NCBI RefSeq assembly: GCF_006345805.1
Contig: NW_021836932.1
Coordinates: 1-25,121, forward strand
From: Octopus sinensis
Taxonomy: Eukaryota
DNA length: 25,121 nt
Reading direction: 5' to 3'
A program made the translations under genes and the position numbers. Positions 10,712 through 21,675 of this stretch are shown here, piece after piece. Within the stretch, counting starts at the first letter, position 1. Each line of letters opens with the position of its first letter. Under the pieces are notes generated by a model. The model saw only the letters and a program-made list of their open reading frames with translations. It was not told where the DNA came from and ran no database searches.

Positions 10712-10870
10712 AATTTAGGCTAGTTGAAATGTGTTTGTCACATATTTCAACTGCTAAAAGGCGAATACTTTGCGGTTACTGTGGAGAGGATTTTCCTCCG
10801 CGGTAACTGCAGTGTATTTGTCATTTAGCAATTGAAGCATGTGACGAACATATTTCCAATAGCTTAAATT
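10712..10870 (+). repeat. Ungapped 75-bp-arm inverted repeat (foldback hairpin)
   Basis: 10712-10786 pairs with 10796-10870. As + strand RNA: 59 Watson-Crick pairs, 10 G.U, 6 mismatches, 9-nt loop (manual count). Confidence 0.9.
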
Positions 10871-11514
10871 CGGCTCTTTGATTTTATCTTTTTGCTTGAT
10901 TTTTCTAGCTTGTTCCGTCTTAACATTATTCCTCTAGCAAGTTCATCGAGAACTGATACATTCGCCCGCGGAAATTCAATCTCTTTTTGTATTACTACTT
11001 TCCATTTATGAGATCTATTGACATGGTTGATCCTTTTCTGTGTCGTCATGATACCTAATTGAGCAGTTAACAACTTTAGCAGTGGAATAGATGAGGTTGT
11101 TTAAGGCCATTTGTCATATTTATTAAAATCTATCTAAGAGCAACATTATATATCATGACGATGCTGTTGTCTTTTTTATGCTGTTTGAGAACTTTGGTAG
11201 CAGTTCTCTATTGATAATATCAGTAAACTCAGAGTTCTCTCATATCTTCTTATGCTTCTATAAGCTTCTCTATATTATTCACAAAAACACATTCTGGTGT
11301 TCTTGAGGTAGGCCTACTTCCTCCGTTTTTTCCGCATAAGTGTTCTTCGCTATTCTTCTTTCGGTTTCTTCGTTGGGATTTAATACTCGTACACTGGGTT
11401 CTGTGCATTTGTTACCTATTTCAGCTGCATTGTTTCTGTTTTCATTTGGTCTACCATGAGATATTTGTGTCCTAATTTGGCTAATTTCAGCGTCAGTTAA
11501 CCTTTTATTCTTAA

Positions 11515-12308
11515 CTAGCAGTATCGCCCGGCGTTGCTTTAGAATTGGAATTTTTGAAAAGTAAAAATTTTGCATTATGTAGCTTGTTATTCTCTTTAAG
11601 TGAACATTTTTCTGGTTGAAATACACCGAAAAATGGCGACAGTCAAAAAATCGTAAAAAAATAGGGATTTTCATAGAAAAAAGTACCTTTTTGATGTAAA
11701 TAATTTTTGGTCTTAACATGGTTCTATTTGAATTTTTTCTTCTACGGAAGGAAGAGCAAGCCTTCTTCTATCATACTCTCAATTTTGGTCAACTTGCGCC
11801 GCAGGGTCTCGGAGGAGATAGTGTTAGCTGAAGGCTACCAAACCTGCCATACACGGACAACTTCTGCTTTATATATATAGATAATTGGTATGTGTTCACA
11901 AAGTCCAAAGGAGTAATACGAAAAACCCCTCCAGGCTACATCCCGAAAATTCATTTCTTTCCAGAATTTCTACAATGTTTACGGCGATTCGTTTTTATAT
12001 CTTGATTTTTTATTTTTCATGCAATTTACGCATGCTTGCACGCATGGTGAACACAGTTCACGTCAAACAGCTGACTGAGTAAAGTTCGCTATTCATTGCA
12101 TGGGATAAGGCTTAAACAAACACATTTTCGATTTTTGCACTTGCGAGATGAATTTCGGAACAGAAATAGCGCAGTTCAATTTTGATTCACCTAAACTTTA
12201 AGTGACCCATTTTTGGTGGTTCTACGATTTGTTGGCTGGGAAGTTAAACACACAGACACGCACACAGATACACACACAGACACACAAGTTGAGTTTTATA
12301 TATATAGA
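11515..12308 (-). mobile_element. Composite non-autonomous Helitron with two 5' termini and one 3' terminus (794 bp)
   Basis: TCTATATATATAAA 5' ends at 12308 and 11881 (minus). The 3' end GCAACGCCGGGCGATACTGCTAG ends at 11515 and is identical to the last 23 nt of 10229-10622. A|T target; removing the whole 794 bp restores the LINE frame GAC ATC A|TT AAG AAT AAA AGG. Confidence 0.85.
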
Positions 12309-12824
12309 TGATGTCTCTACGTACATTACTTAATATATCTGCGTTTATACGTCTGCGTGCTACGTTGCCAACTTAGTTTCTCCATGAAATGCATGTTTGT
12401 ACAATGAGGTTACTGTTTATGTTTAGTTGGGTTGTATAGAAAGCTTTCAACACATCTCTATAATGTTCTCTAGTTCATTTTACGCGTTTTGCATTAGGTG
12501 GTGTTTTTGGAGGGGTCACTACAGGTCTATGGTTACGGCGGTCCTGGTTCTGGTTACCTAGTTGGTCGTGTTTTTGAGAGTTTGTTCCAGCAGCAGTCTT
12601 TTCGATCCCAGTCTGGTGATAAGTATAATAGTTGACAGGGGTGTTGTTTTGTAGATTGGGGATACGTCATGTCAAATTTCAAGTAACTTTTTCTCGCAAC
12701 CTTTTCTGCTGGTCAGGAATGCCATTCTCAATTCCAATATCTTTCAGGTTGCAGGTTATGCGTTGTGCTGAGTGGGGCCAATTGCCTCCAGAATAATTGT
12801 TGTCTTAATGCTCCACTCCTCCTG

Positions 12825-13123
12825 CTCCTCCCCTCCTCTCCCCTCCCCTTCCCTATCCTCTTCCTCTTCCTCGCTGTCGTCGTCGTTATTACCATCTTCA
12901 TCATAATCATTTTCACCAACACCAACACCACCACCACTACTACCACTGCCACCACCACCACGATCATAATCCTCCCCTTCTCCCCTTTCTCCCTCCCCTC
13001 CTCATCGTCATCGTCGCTATCATCATCATCATCATCATCATCATCATCGTCATCATCATCATCATCATTATGATCATCATCATGATCACCATCATGATCA
13101 TCGCCATCATCATCATCATCGCC

Positions 13124-13167
<44 letters not shown>

Positions 13168-13210
13168 TATTATTATTATCATCATCATCATCATCATCAT
13201 CATCGCCATC

Positions 13211-13275
<65 letters not shown>

Positions 13276-13328
13276 CATCACCACCACCATCATCATCATC
13301 ATCATCCATCATCATCATCACCACCACC

Positions 13329-13362
<34 letters not shown>

Positions 13363-13378
13363 AAATCATTATCATCAA

Positions 13379-13441
<63 letters not shown>

Positions 13442-13470
13442 TATTCATTATTATTCATTAATTATTGAGA
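12825..13470. repeat. CT-rich tract followed by (CAT)n/(CAC)n trinucleotide microsatellite
   Basis: Direct inspection; source of the poly-M/D/H/I ORFs. Confidence 0.97.
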
Positions 13471-13619
13471 ACGTGTTGAAAATACATCAAACGAAACAAG
13501 ACAAAGACGATCAGTCTGGAAAGGAACTGCATTGTAAATGGACATCCTAAACCGTAATCATAAGCATGGCACAATGACCACCACCACCACCACCACCACC
13601 ACCATCCCCATCACCATAC

Positions 13620-13941
13620 AACTGGTACTCCGTCGGTTTCGACGACGAGTGTTCCAGGTGATCCGATCAACGGAACAGCTTGCTCGTGAAATTAACGCGT
13701 GTCTGTGGCTGAGTACTCCGCAGACGCGTGTACCTTCAATGCAGTTCTCAGGGATATTTAGCGTGACGCAGAATGTGTTAAGGCTGGCTCCTTTGAATTA
13801 CTGGTACCATTTCTTTTTTGCCAGCGGAGTGAAGTGGAGCAATGTGAAATAAAGTGTCTTGCTCAAGGACACAACGCGTCGTCGGGAATTGTACTCAAGA
13901 CCTTATGATTGTATGCCGAATGCCCTAACCACTGAGCTACG
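13620..13941 (-). mobile_element. tRNA-derived SINE with CORE/V-like box (family 3)
   Basis: Minus strand: A box TAGCTCAGTGG (13939-13929), B-box-like GAGTACAATTCC (13896-13885), GTGTCCTTGAGCAAGACACTT (13872-13852), then a ~230-nt body and tail. Confidence 0.8.
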
Positions 13942-14049
13942 TCCCTCCTGTCGCCATATACAGGGCTACTATATCATCAACACTATCACCAGCATCACGA
14001 CCAACATCATCATATCATTTATGCCATCATAGTAATCACTGTCTCTTTG

Positions 14050-14600
14050 CGCCTCCTCCTCCTGCACCTGCTCCTGTTCTTTCTCCTCCCCCTCCTCCCC
14101 CTCCACGACCACGACGTCCTTGTCATCCTCTTCCTTCTTCTCCTCCTCACTTATCCCTCCCATCACCCTCCCCATCACCTACCTCACCTTGCCTCTCACC
14201 CTCACCCCTCACCTCTCACCCTTAGCCCTCAACTCTTACCCTCACCTCTCATCCTCATCCCTCTCCTCTAACTCTCACCCTCACCTCTCATCCTCACCCC
14301 TCACCTCTCGCCTCACCCTCACCTCTCATCCTCACCCCTCACCTCTCGCCTCACCCTCACCTCTCAGCCTCACCCCTAAGCCTTGTTTTCCCCCTCCTCC
14401 CTCCCTCCCTCCCTCCTCCTCCTCGTCCTCCACTACCACCACCAATACGTCCTCCTCACTTCTCCCTCCCCCTCCTCATTTCTCCATCACCCTCCCTTCA
14501 CCCCACCTACACCTTCCCTTCTCTTCCCTCACCCCACCCACACCATCCCCACTCTCACCCCACACTCAGCCTCACGACTTCCCCTCCTCCTTTATTTACC
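14050..14600. repeat. Pyrimidine-rich low-complexity tract with CCTCACCCTCACCTCTC-like units
   Basis: Direct inspection. Confidence 0.9.
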
Positions 14601-14930
14601 TTTCTTTAAAAGAAAAAAACCAGCAGGCTGTAATTTGAGGGAAATTTAGCTACTCTTTCAAGCATATCGAGTAACAACACTGAGGGTGTTGCTGGCAGAC
14701 GTTGTTGCAGTCACGACGGTGGTTGCGGTGGTTGTGGTAGTAGTGGTGTCTTATTAACCTTACATCCACAAATCAATACCACCACTACTACCATCACCAT
14801 GACCACCATCGTGACTGCAACAGCGCCTCCTAGCAACACCTTTTATGGTGTTATCCGATATCCTAGAAAGAGTAGCTAAACTTTCCTCAAATTACACCCT
14901 GCTATTATTTTTGTTCTTAGAAAAGAAAGG
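14600..14930. mobile_element. MITE-like foldback element with ~125-bp inverted arms
   Basis: 14622-14748 aligns with the reverse complement of 14779-14903 (e.g. TGTAATTTGAGG, TTTAGCTACTCTTTC, TGTTGCAGTCACGA), with a ~30-nt spacer and weaker similarity out to ~14598/14930. No TSD identified. Confidence 0.75.
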
Positions 14931-15159
14931 CAAGTAAAGTTAGCTGGTGTCGTATTTTGGACAACACCAGTTATCATTTAAAGTTAACTAGGGATGGTCA
15001 TGGGTGGCGTACCCTTGTTCACGGAAAGCAAGATCGGCGCCGACATGGAACTAAGCAACAACAACAAAAACAATAACAACACCACCAATGTCAACTCTAC
15101 ATCAATAGTTTTTCCGCCATCACCACCACCACCACCGCTGCCGCTGCCACCGCCACCAC

Positions 15160-15345
15160 AACCAATTTGAGAGGAGGGGCAAGACGATTACATCGACCAC
15201 ATGGCTGGTACTTTATTTATCGACTCCGAAAGCATGAAAGGCAAAGACGATCTCGTTGGCATTTGAACTCAGAACGTAAAAACGGACGAAATGCCGCTAA
15301 GCATTTTGTCCGGCGTTCTGACGATTCCTACCAGCTTGCCATCTT
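15160..15345 (-). mobile_element. Diverged family-1 SINE (short-tail variant)
   Basis: ATTTGAACTCAGAACGTA (reverse complement of the B box), CGATTACATCGAC, GAAAGCATGAAAGGC. Confidence 0.8.
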
Positions 15346-15346
15346 T

Positions 15347-15735
15347 ATAATAATAATAATAAATAATAATGATAATAATAATAATAATAATGATAATAAT
15401 AAAAATAAATGCCCTGATGCAGTACCAGGCAGTGGCTCTCATGGTTTCTCTTCTTAACTGATTGGAAGTGTTATCATGTACATTGTTTTGTCTTGGTATA
15501 AAAGATGGGCTACAGCAAATATTCTGCTCAATATCACAGATTTGCTTGTCAGTTGTTTGACCTTAACCAGTTGAGCATGTCCCTTAGTGGCTGACGATAT
15601 GTGCATCTCTGCTCATGAGTAGAAGTAGTGGGGGAGCATCATAGCCATGTGTTGAGAAGGATTCTTTGGGGTTTGAATAATTCACCTCTGGAAACATAGG
15701 TGTTTCGTTCAACATCCTTAAACAACCCTTATTCT
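15347..15735 (-). mobile_element. Retroelement 3' fragment ending in an (ATT)n tail; family unassigned
   Basis: Complex sequence 15409-15735 abuts an (AAT)n tract (15347-15408), the layout of a non-LTR 3' end on the minus strand. I recognise it as a common octopus repeat from memory only. Confidence 0.45.
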
Positions 15736-15779
15736 GAAGAAAATTCTAAGTGGATCCCACCTACAAGCTCATGCGATGT

Positions 15780-15781
<2 letters not shown>

Positions 15782-15831
<50 letters not shown>

Positions 15832-16075
15832 TAATAATAATAATAATAATAATAATGATCCTTTCAACTGGAAGCACAAGGCCTCAAATTTGGGTAAAGG
15901 GATTAAGTCGATTACATCGACCCCAGTGTGTAACTGGTACTTATTTAATCGACCTCGAACGGATGAAGGGCAAAGTCAGTCTCGGCGGAATTTGAACTCA
16001 GACCGTAAAGACGGACGAAGTCCCGTTAAGCTTTTCGTCCGGTGTGCTAACGATACTGCCAGCTCGCTGCCCTTA
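15782..16075 (-). mobile_element. Family-1 SINE (short-tail variant, 15857-16075) with (ATT)n tail
   Basis: Full head (GCCAGCTCGCTGCCTT), B box, central domain, tail GGCCTTGTGCTTCC...AAAGGATC followed by (ATT)n. Confidence 0.85.
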
Positions 16076-16085
16076 AATAATAATA

Positions 16086-16380
16086 ACCCTTTCTACTAAA
16101 AGTAGAAGGCCTGAAATTTTTGGGGAGGGGTCTAATCGATACCATCGACTGGTACTTAATTTATTGACTTCCTCCCCCCAAAGAATGAGGCGGCAACCTG
16201 GCAGAATCGTGGCGACATTTTGCCAGTCCTTACGTTCTGAGTTCAAATGCCGCCGAGGTCGACTTAACCGTTTATCTCTTTGGGGGTCGAACAAATAATA
16301 AGTAGCAGTTAAGTACTGGGGTCGATATAATCGACTAACACCCTCCCCCAAGATTTCAGGCTTTGTGTCAATAACAGAAA
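16086..16380. mobile_element. Head-to-head pair of family-1 SINE pieces: minus 3' half (16086-16186) and deleted plus copy (16187-16380)
   Basis: CTGGTACTTAATTTATTGAC on the minus piece; GGCGGCAACCTGGCAGAATCG, GAGTTCAAATGCC and GGTCGATATAATCGAC on the plus copy. Confidence 0.75.
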
Positions 16381-16392
16381 AAAAATCTATTA

Positions 16393-16713
16393 ATGATGAT
16401 GATGATGATGATGATGATAATGATTAACATCATAGTCGTCGTCGTCATCATCATCATCACCATCAACACCATCATCAACATCCTCCTCCTCCTCCCCCTC
16501 CTCCTCCTCCTCCTCATCATCATCATCACCACCACCACTACCACCACCACCACCACCACCACCACCACCATCACCACCACCTCCACCACCACCACCACCA
16601 CCACCACTACCAGTCCAACAACAAAAACAACACGAGCAGTTCCTAAAAATAACAACTTCTAACAATACACCCACAAACGTAACAGCAACAACAATAACAA
16701 CAACAACAGTTGT

Positions 16714-16764
<51 letters not shown>

Positions 16765-16800
16765 TTCATCAACAGTGGCAACAACAACATCAAGCACCAT
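16393..16800. repeat. (GAT)n/(CAT)n/(CCT)n/(CAC)n/(AAC)n compound microsatellite
   Basis: Direct inspection. Confidence 0.95.
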
Positions 16801-16904
16801 AGCTAAAATAATTTAAAAAAAAAGATATAAAAAAGAATCAATAAAGTCGACAAAAACATTAACCAGCGAGAGAAATATGAGGGAAAATAGCTGAATAACA
16901 ACAA

Positions 16905-19900
16905 GAAGGAGAAGGACAGCAGTAACAACAGCAACAACAACAACAACAATTACATGAGGAGGAACAATGATAACAACAACAACAACAGCAATAATAATAA
17001 GAATATTAGCAGCAACAACAAATCTAGCAACAATAAGCAACATCACCAACAACAACAGCACCATACCGCAAATATGATTACCATCAGCAACATCAGCGTC
17101 AACATCACGTCTACCACCACCAACACCACCAACACCACTAAAACCAATAAAACCGCCATCAAAACTACCACCACCACCACCATCACCACAACTAAAATCA
17201 CCATCACCACCATCATCACCAGCACCACCATCATCACCATCACCAGCACCACCATCACCACCATCACCAGCACCACCATCACCACCACCATCACCAGCAC
17301 CACAATCACCGTAACCACGCCGCCACCACCACCACCACCATCACCACCAATCACCACCATCACCAGCACCACCATCACCACCACCACCACACCACCATCA
17401 CCACCATCACCAGCACCACCATCACCACCATCATCACCATCACCACACCCCACCATCACCACCACCATCACCAGCACCACCATCACCACCATCATCACCA
17501 TCACCACCCCACAATCCCCACCACCACCATCCCCTCCACCATCACCACCACCATCAACACAATCACCAGCAGCACCATCACCCACCACCACCACCAACCA
17601 CCATCACCACCATCACCAGCACCACCATCACCACCATCATCACCATCACCAGCACCACAATCACCACCACCACCATCCCCTCCACCATCAACCACCACCA
17701 TCACACAATCACCAGCACCACCATCACCACCACCACCAGCACCACCATCACCACCATCACCAGCACCACCATCCACCATCATCACCATCACCACCATCAC
17801 CACCAGCACCACAACCACCATCACCACCATCAAACCAACCATCACCACCATCTCACCATCACCACCATCACCATCACCACCATCAACCACCATCATCACC
17901 ATCAAACACCACATCACCACCATCACCAATCACCACCATCCACCATCATCACCAGCACCACCATCACACCATCATCACCAGCCACCACCATCATCACCAT
18001 CACCAGCACCACCATCACCACCATCACCAGCACCCCACCATCACCACCACCATCACCAGCACCACAATCACCGTACCACACGCCGCCACCACCACCACCA
18101 CCATCACCACCATCATCACCACCATCCCAGCACCACCATCACCACACCACCACCACCGCCAACACCCCACCATCACCCCACACCATCACCAGCAACCACC
18201 ATCACCACCATCATCACCACCATCACCATCACCACCATCACCACCACCATCACAACCAGCACCACCACTACCCATCACCACCATCATCAAACCATCACCA
18301 GCACCACAATCACCACCACCACCATCCCCCTCCACATCACCACCACCATCACACAATCCCCCAGCAGCACCATCCACACCACCACCACCACACCACCATC
18401 ACCAACACATCACCAGCACCACCATCCCCCACCACCATCATCACCATCACCAGCACCACAATCACCACCACCACCATCCCCTCCACCATCACCACCACCA
18501 CCATCAACACAATCACCAGCACCACCATCACCACCACCACCACCATCACCACCATCACCACCATCACCAGCACCACCATCACCACCATCATCACCATCAC
18601 CACCATCACCACCAGCACCAACACCCCCCCAGCACCACCACCATCACCACCATCATCACCACCATCACCACCATCATCACCATCACCACCATCACCATCA
18701 CCACCATCACCACCATCATCACCATCACCACCACCATCACCACCATCACCATCACCACCATCACCACCATCATCAACATCACCACCATCACCACCTCCCA
18801 TCACCACATCACCACCATCATCACCAGCACCACCATCACCATCACCACCATCACCACCATCATCACCACCACCACCACCATCAACCCACCACACCAGCAC
18901 CACCATCACCACCACCCCTAAGCACCAACCACCATCACCATCATCACCATCACCACCATCACCACCATCACCATCATCACCACCATCATCACCATCACCA
19001 CCACCACCATCATCACCATCAACACCATCACCAGCACCACCACAATCACCACCACCACCATCCCCTCCACCATCCCCACCACCATCACCACCATCACCAT
19101 CATCACCATCACCACCATCACCACCATCACCAGCACCACCATCATCACCAGCACCACCATCACCACCATCACCAGCACTACCACATCACCGGATCACCAC
19201 CACCATCATCACCACCATCACCACAATCACCGTAACCACCGCCGCCACCACCACCACCACCATCACCACCAATCACAACCATCACCACACCACCACCATC
19301 ACCACCACCACCAGCACCACCATCACCACCATCACCATCACACACCATCACCACCATCATCACCATCACCAGCACCACCATCACCACCACCATCACCAGC
19401 ACCACCATCAATCACCACCATCATCCTCACCATCACCACAACCTACATCAATCACCACCACCACACCATCCCCTCCACCTCACCACCACCATCAACCAAT
19501 CAACCACCAGCAGCAGCACCATCACCCACCACCACCACCAGCCCACCATCACACCATCACCAGCACCAACCCATCACCACCATCATCACCATCACCAGCA
19601 CCACAATCACCACCACCACCATCCCCTCCACCATCACCACCACCATCAACACAATCACCAGCACCACCATCACCACCACCACCAGCACCACCATCACCAC
19701 CATCACCAGCACCACCATCAACCATCATCACCATCACCACCATCACCACCAGCCTCACCAATCACCACCATCACCACCATCACCCACCATCCCCCATCAT
19801 CACCATCACCACCATCACCATCACCCACCACACACCATCATCACCATCACCACCATCCACCATCACCACCATCACCATCACCACCATCAACCACCATCAT

Positions 19901-20950
19901 CACCATCACCACCATCACCACCATCACCATCACCACCATCACCAACCATCATCACCAGCAACCACCATCACCATCACCACCATCACCACCATCATCACCA
20001 GCAACCACCATCACCACCAGCACCAGCACCACCATCACCACCACCACTATCACAGCACCACACCATCATCACCATCACCACCCTCACCCACCATCAACCA
20101 TCATCACCACCATCATCACAATCACCACCATCATCACCATCACCACCATCACCAGCACCACAATCACCACCACCACCATCCCCTCCACCATCACCACCAC
20201 CATCACCACCATCACCATCATCACCACAATCACCACCATCACCACCATCACCCAGCCACCACCATCAGCACCAGCACCACCATCACCACCATCACCCCAG
20301 CACTACCATCACCGGAATCACACCACCACCATCATCACCACCATCACCACAATCACCGTAACCACCGCCCGCCACCACCACCACCATCGCACCATCACAC
20401 AATCACCACCACCACCATCCCCTCCACCATCACCACCAACCACCAACACCACCAGCACCAAACAACCACCATCACCACCGCACCAGCACCACCACCACCA
20501 GCACCACCACCATCACCAGCACCAGCACCAGTACCACCACCAGCACCACCAGCACCACCATCACCACAACACCACCACCCAGCCCAGCACCAGCACCACC
20601 ATCACCACCACGAGCACCACCCCATCCCCCCCCTCCCCCACCCCCCATCACCACCCCCCCCCCCCCCCCCCACCACCACCAAGCACTTCAGCACCAGCAC
20701 ACACCACCACACACCACCACCATCACCACCTACCACCACCACCACCAAGCACCAAACACCACCATCACCCAACACCATACCACCACCACCATCACCAGCA
20801 CCAGCACAACCACCATCACCACACCAGCACCAGTACCACCACCACCATCACCACTATCACCACTATCACCACCACCACCACCACCGACAACAACAAGAGC
20901 GCCAACAACAACAACACTCCCACCACCCAAAACAACAACAGTAACAACAA
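16905..20950. repeat. ~4-kb degenerate (CAC/CAT/CAG)n trinucleotide array with higher-order repeats
   Basis: Direct inspection. The rare marker CACCGTA recurs with its GTA at 17311, 18073, 19232 and 20358. Confidence 0.97.
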
Positions 20951-21039
20951 CAGTTGTAGTTTAGAGAACCGACCGGAAGTCGAGAAATGATGGAAATTCT
21001 GGTGTTGTAAAAAAACTGTTGCTGTTTGATAGGAAATGG

Positions 21040-21240
21040 TATTGGCGTTGGTAGCAGGAGTGGTGGTGGTGGTGGTGGTAATCATAGAAGTGGCTGTGGT
21101 AGTAGCGGGTGTGGTGGTGGTGGTGGGATGTGGTGTTTTGTAGCAGTGGTAGGGGTGCTTGAAGTGATGTTATGGTTGTAGTGTTGGTACGGTGGCGGTG
21201 ATGGCGGCGATGAAGAGGCGGTGGTTGTGATGGTTGCAGT
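21040..21240. repeat. (GGT)n-rich tract, inverted relative to the CAC array
   Basis: Direct inspection. Confidence 0.85.
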
Positions 21241-21269
21241 GGAAAGAATTATTATCGTTGTTCTTCGTA

Positions 21270-21510
21270 AAGTCGGTGAGCTGGCAGAAGAATCCTTCGC
21301 ACGTTGGATAAAGCGCTTAGCGGCATTTACTTCTAGGCTCATTATGGTCTGAGTTCAAATTCGGCCGAGGTCGACTTTGCCTTTCATCCTTTCGTGGGTC
21401 GATGATATTAAGTACCAGGTGCGCAGTGGGGAAGGGGGTCGATGTACTCGACTAGCCCTCTCCCACCAAATGTCCGCTCTTAAGTCGAAAGTAGAAAGGG
21501 TTATTATTAG
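21270..21510 (+). mobile_element. Diverged family-1 SINE (short-tail variant)
   Basis: GAGCTGGCAGAA, GAGTTCAAATTC, GCCGAGGTCGACTTTGCCTTTCATCCTTTCG, and tail AGTAGAAAGGGTTATTATT. Confidence 0.82.
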
Positions 21511-21675
21511 TATTAGTAGTACCTATTAAAAAGATATATGATCAAAGATGTTCCGACCATGACCATCCCGTCAAATATTAAAACAGTGCGATTTCGACTG
21601 TATTATCCAATATGTCCTTCGGCGCCCCCTGATTTTGCTCTTCCAAAGATACTAGTGTGTGATTTGTGTGACGTT

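Larger units (their letters stand above)
8850..12800 (-). mobile_element. Decayed R4/Dong-like (RLE-clade) non-LTR retrotransposon, 3'-truncated, with nested insertions
   Basis: Minus-strand peptides in canonical order: KRVK*TREHYRDVLKAFY...RRDIIKNKRLTDAEI (rejoined across 11515-12308), KWKVVIQKEI, KFYSEISK, KIWSNQEYYNAEADWI, IPNFWL, WLTEGTTYLLPK, NLSMVWIDYRKAFDSIPH, KRGIFQGDTLS.LLF, CMDD (9207-9196). Many stops and frameshifts. The 5' boundary is uncertain (~12530-12830). Confidence 0.85.

Noticed and set aside
11279-11719. 146-aa minus-strand ORF
   Set aside because: A chance fusion of Helitron sequence (upstream of 11515) with LINE ORF sequence, not a gene.
12728-13468. Poly-M/D/H/I ORFs
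   Set aside because: Translations of a (CAT)n microsatellite in several frames.
16954-18921. 655-aa Thr/Pro/His-rich ORF (mucin-like or His-rich structural protein?)
   Set aside because: CAC/CAT/CAG triplets contain no stops on the + strand, and the composition flips among T/I, P/S and H/Q blocks at indels. There is no signal peptide or splice evidence.
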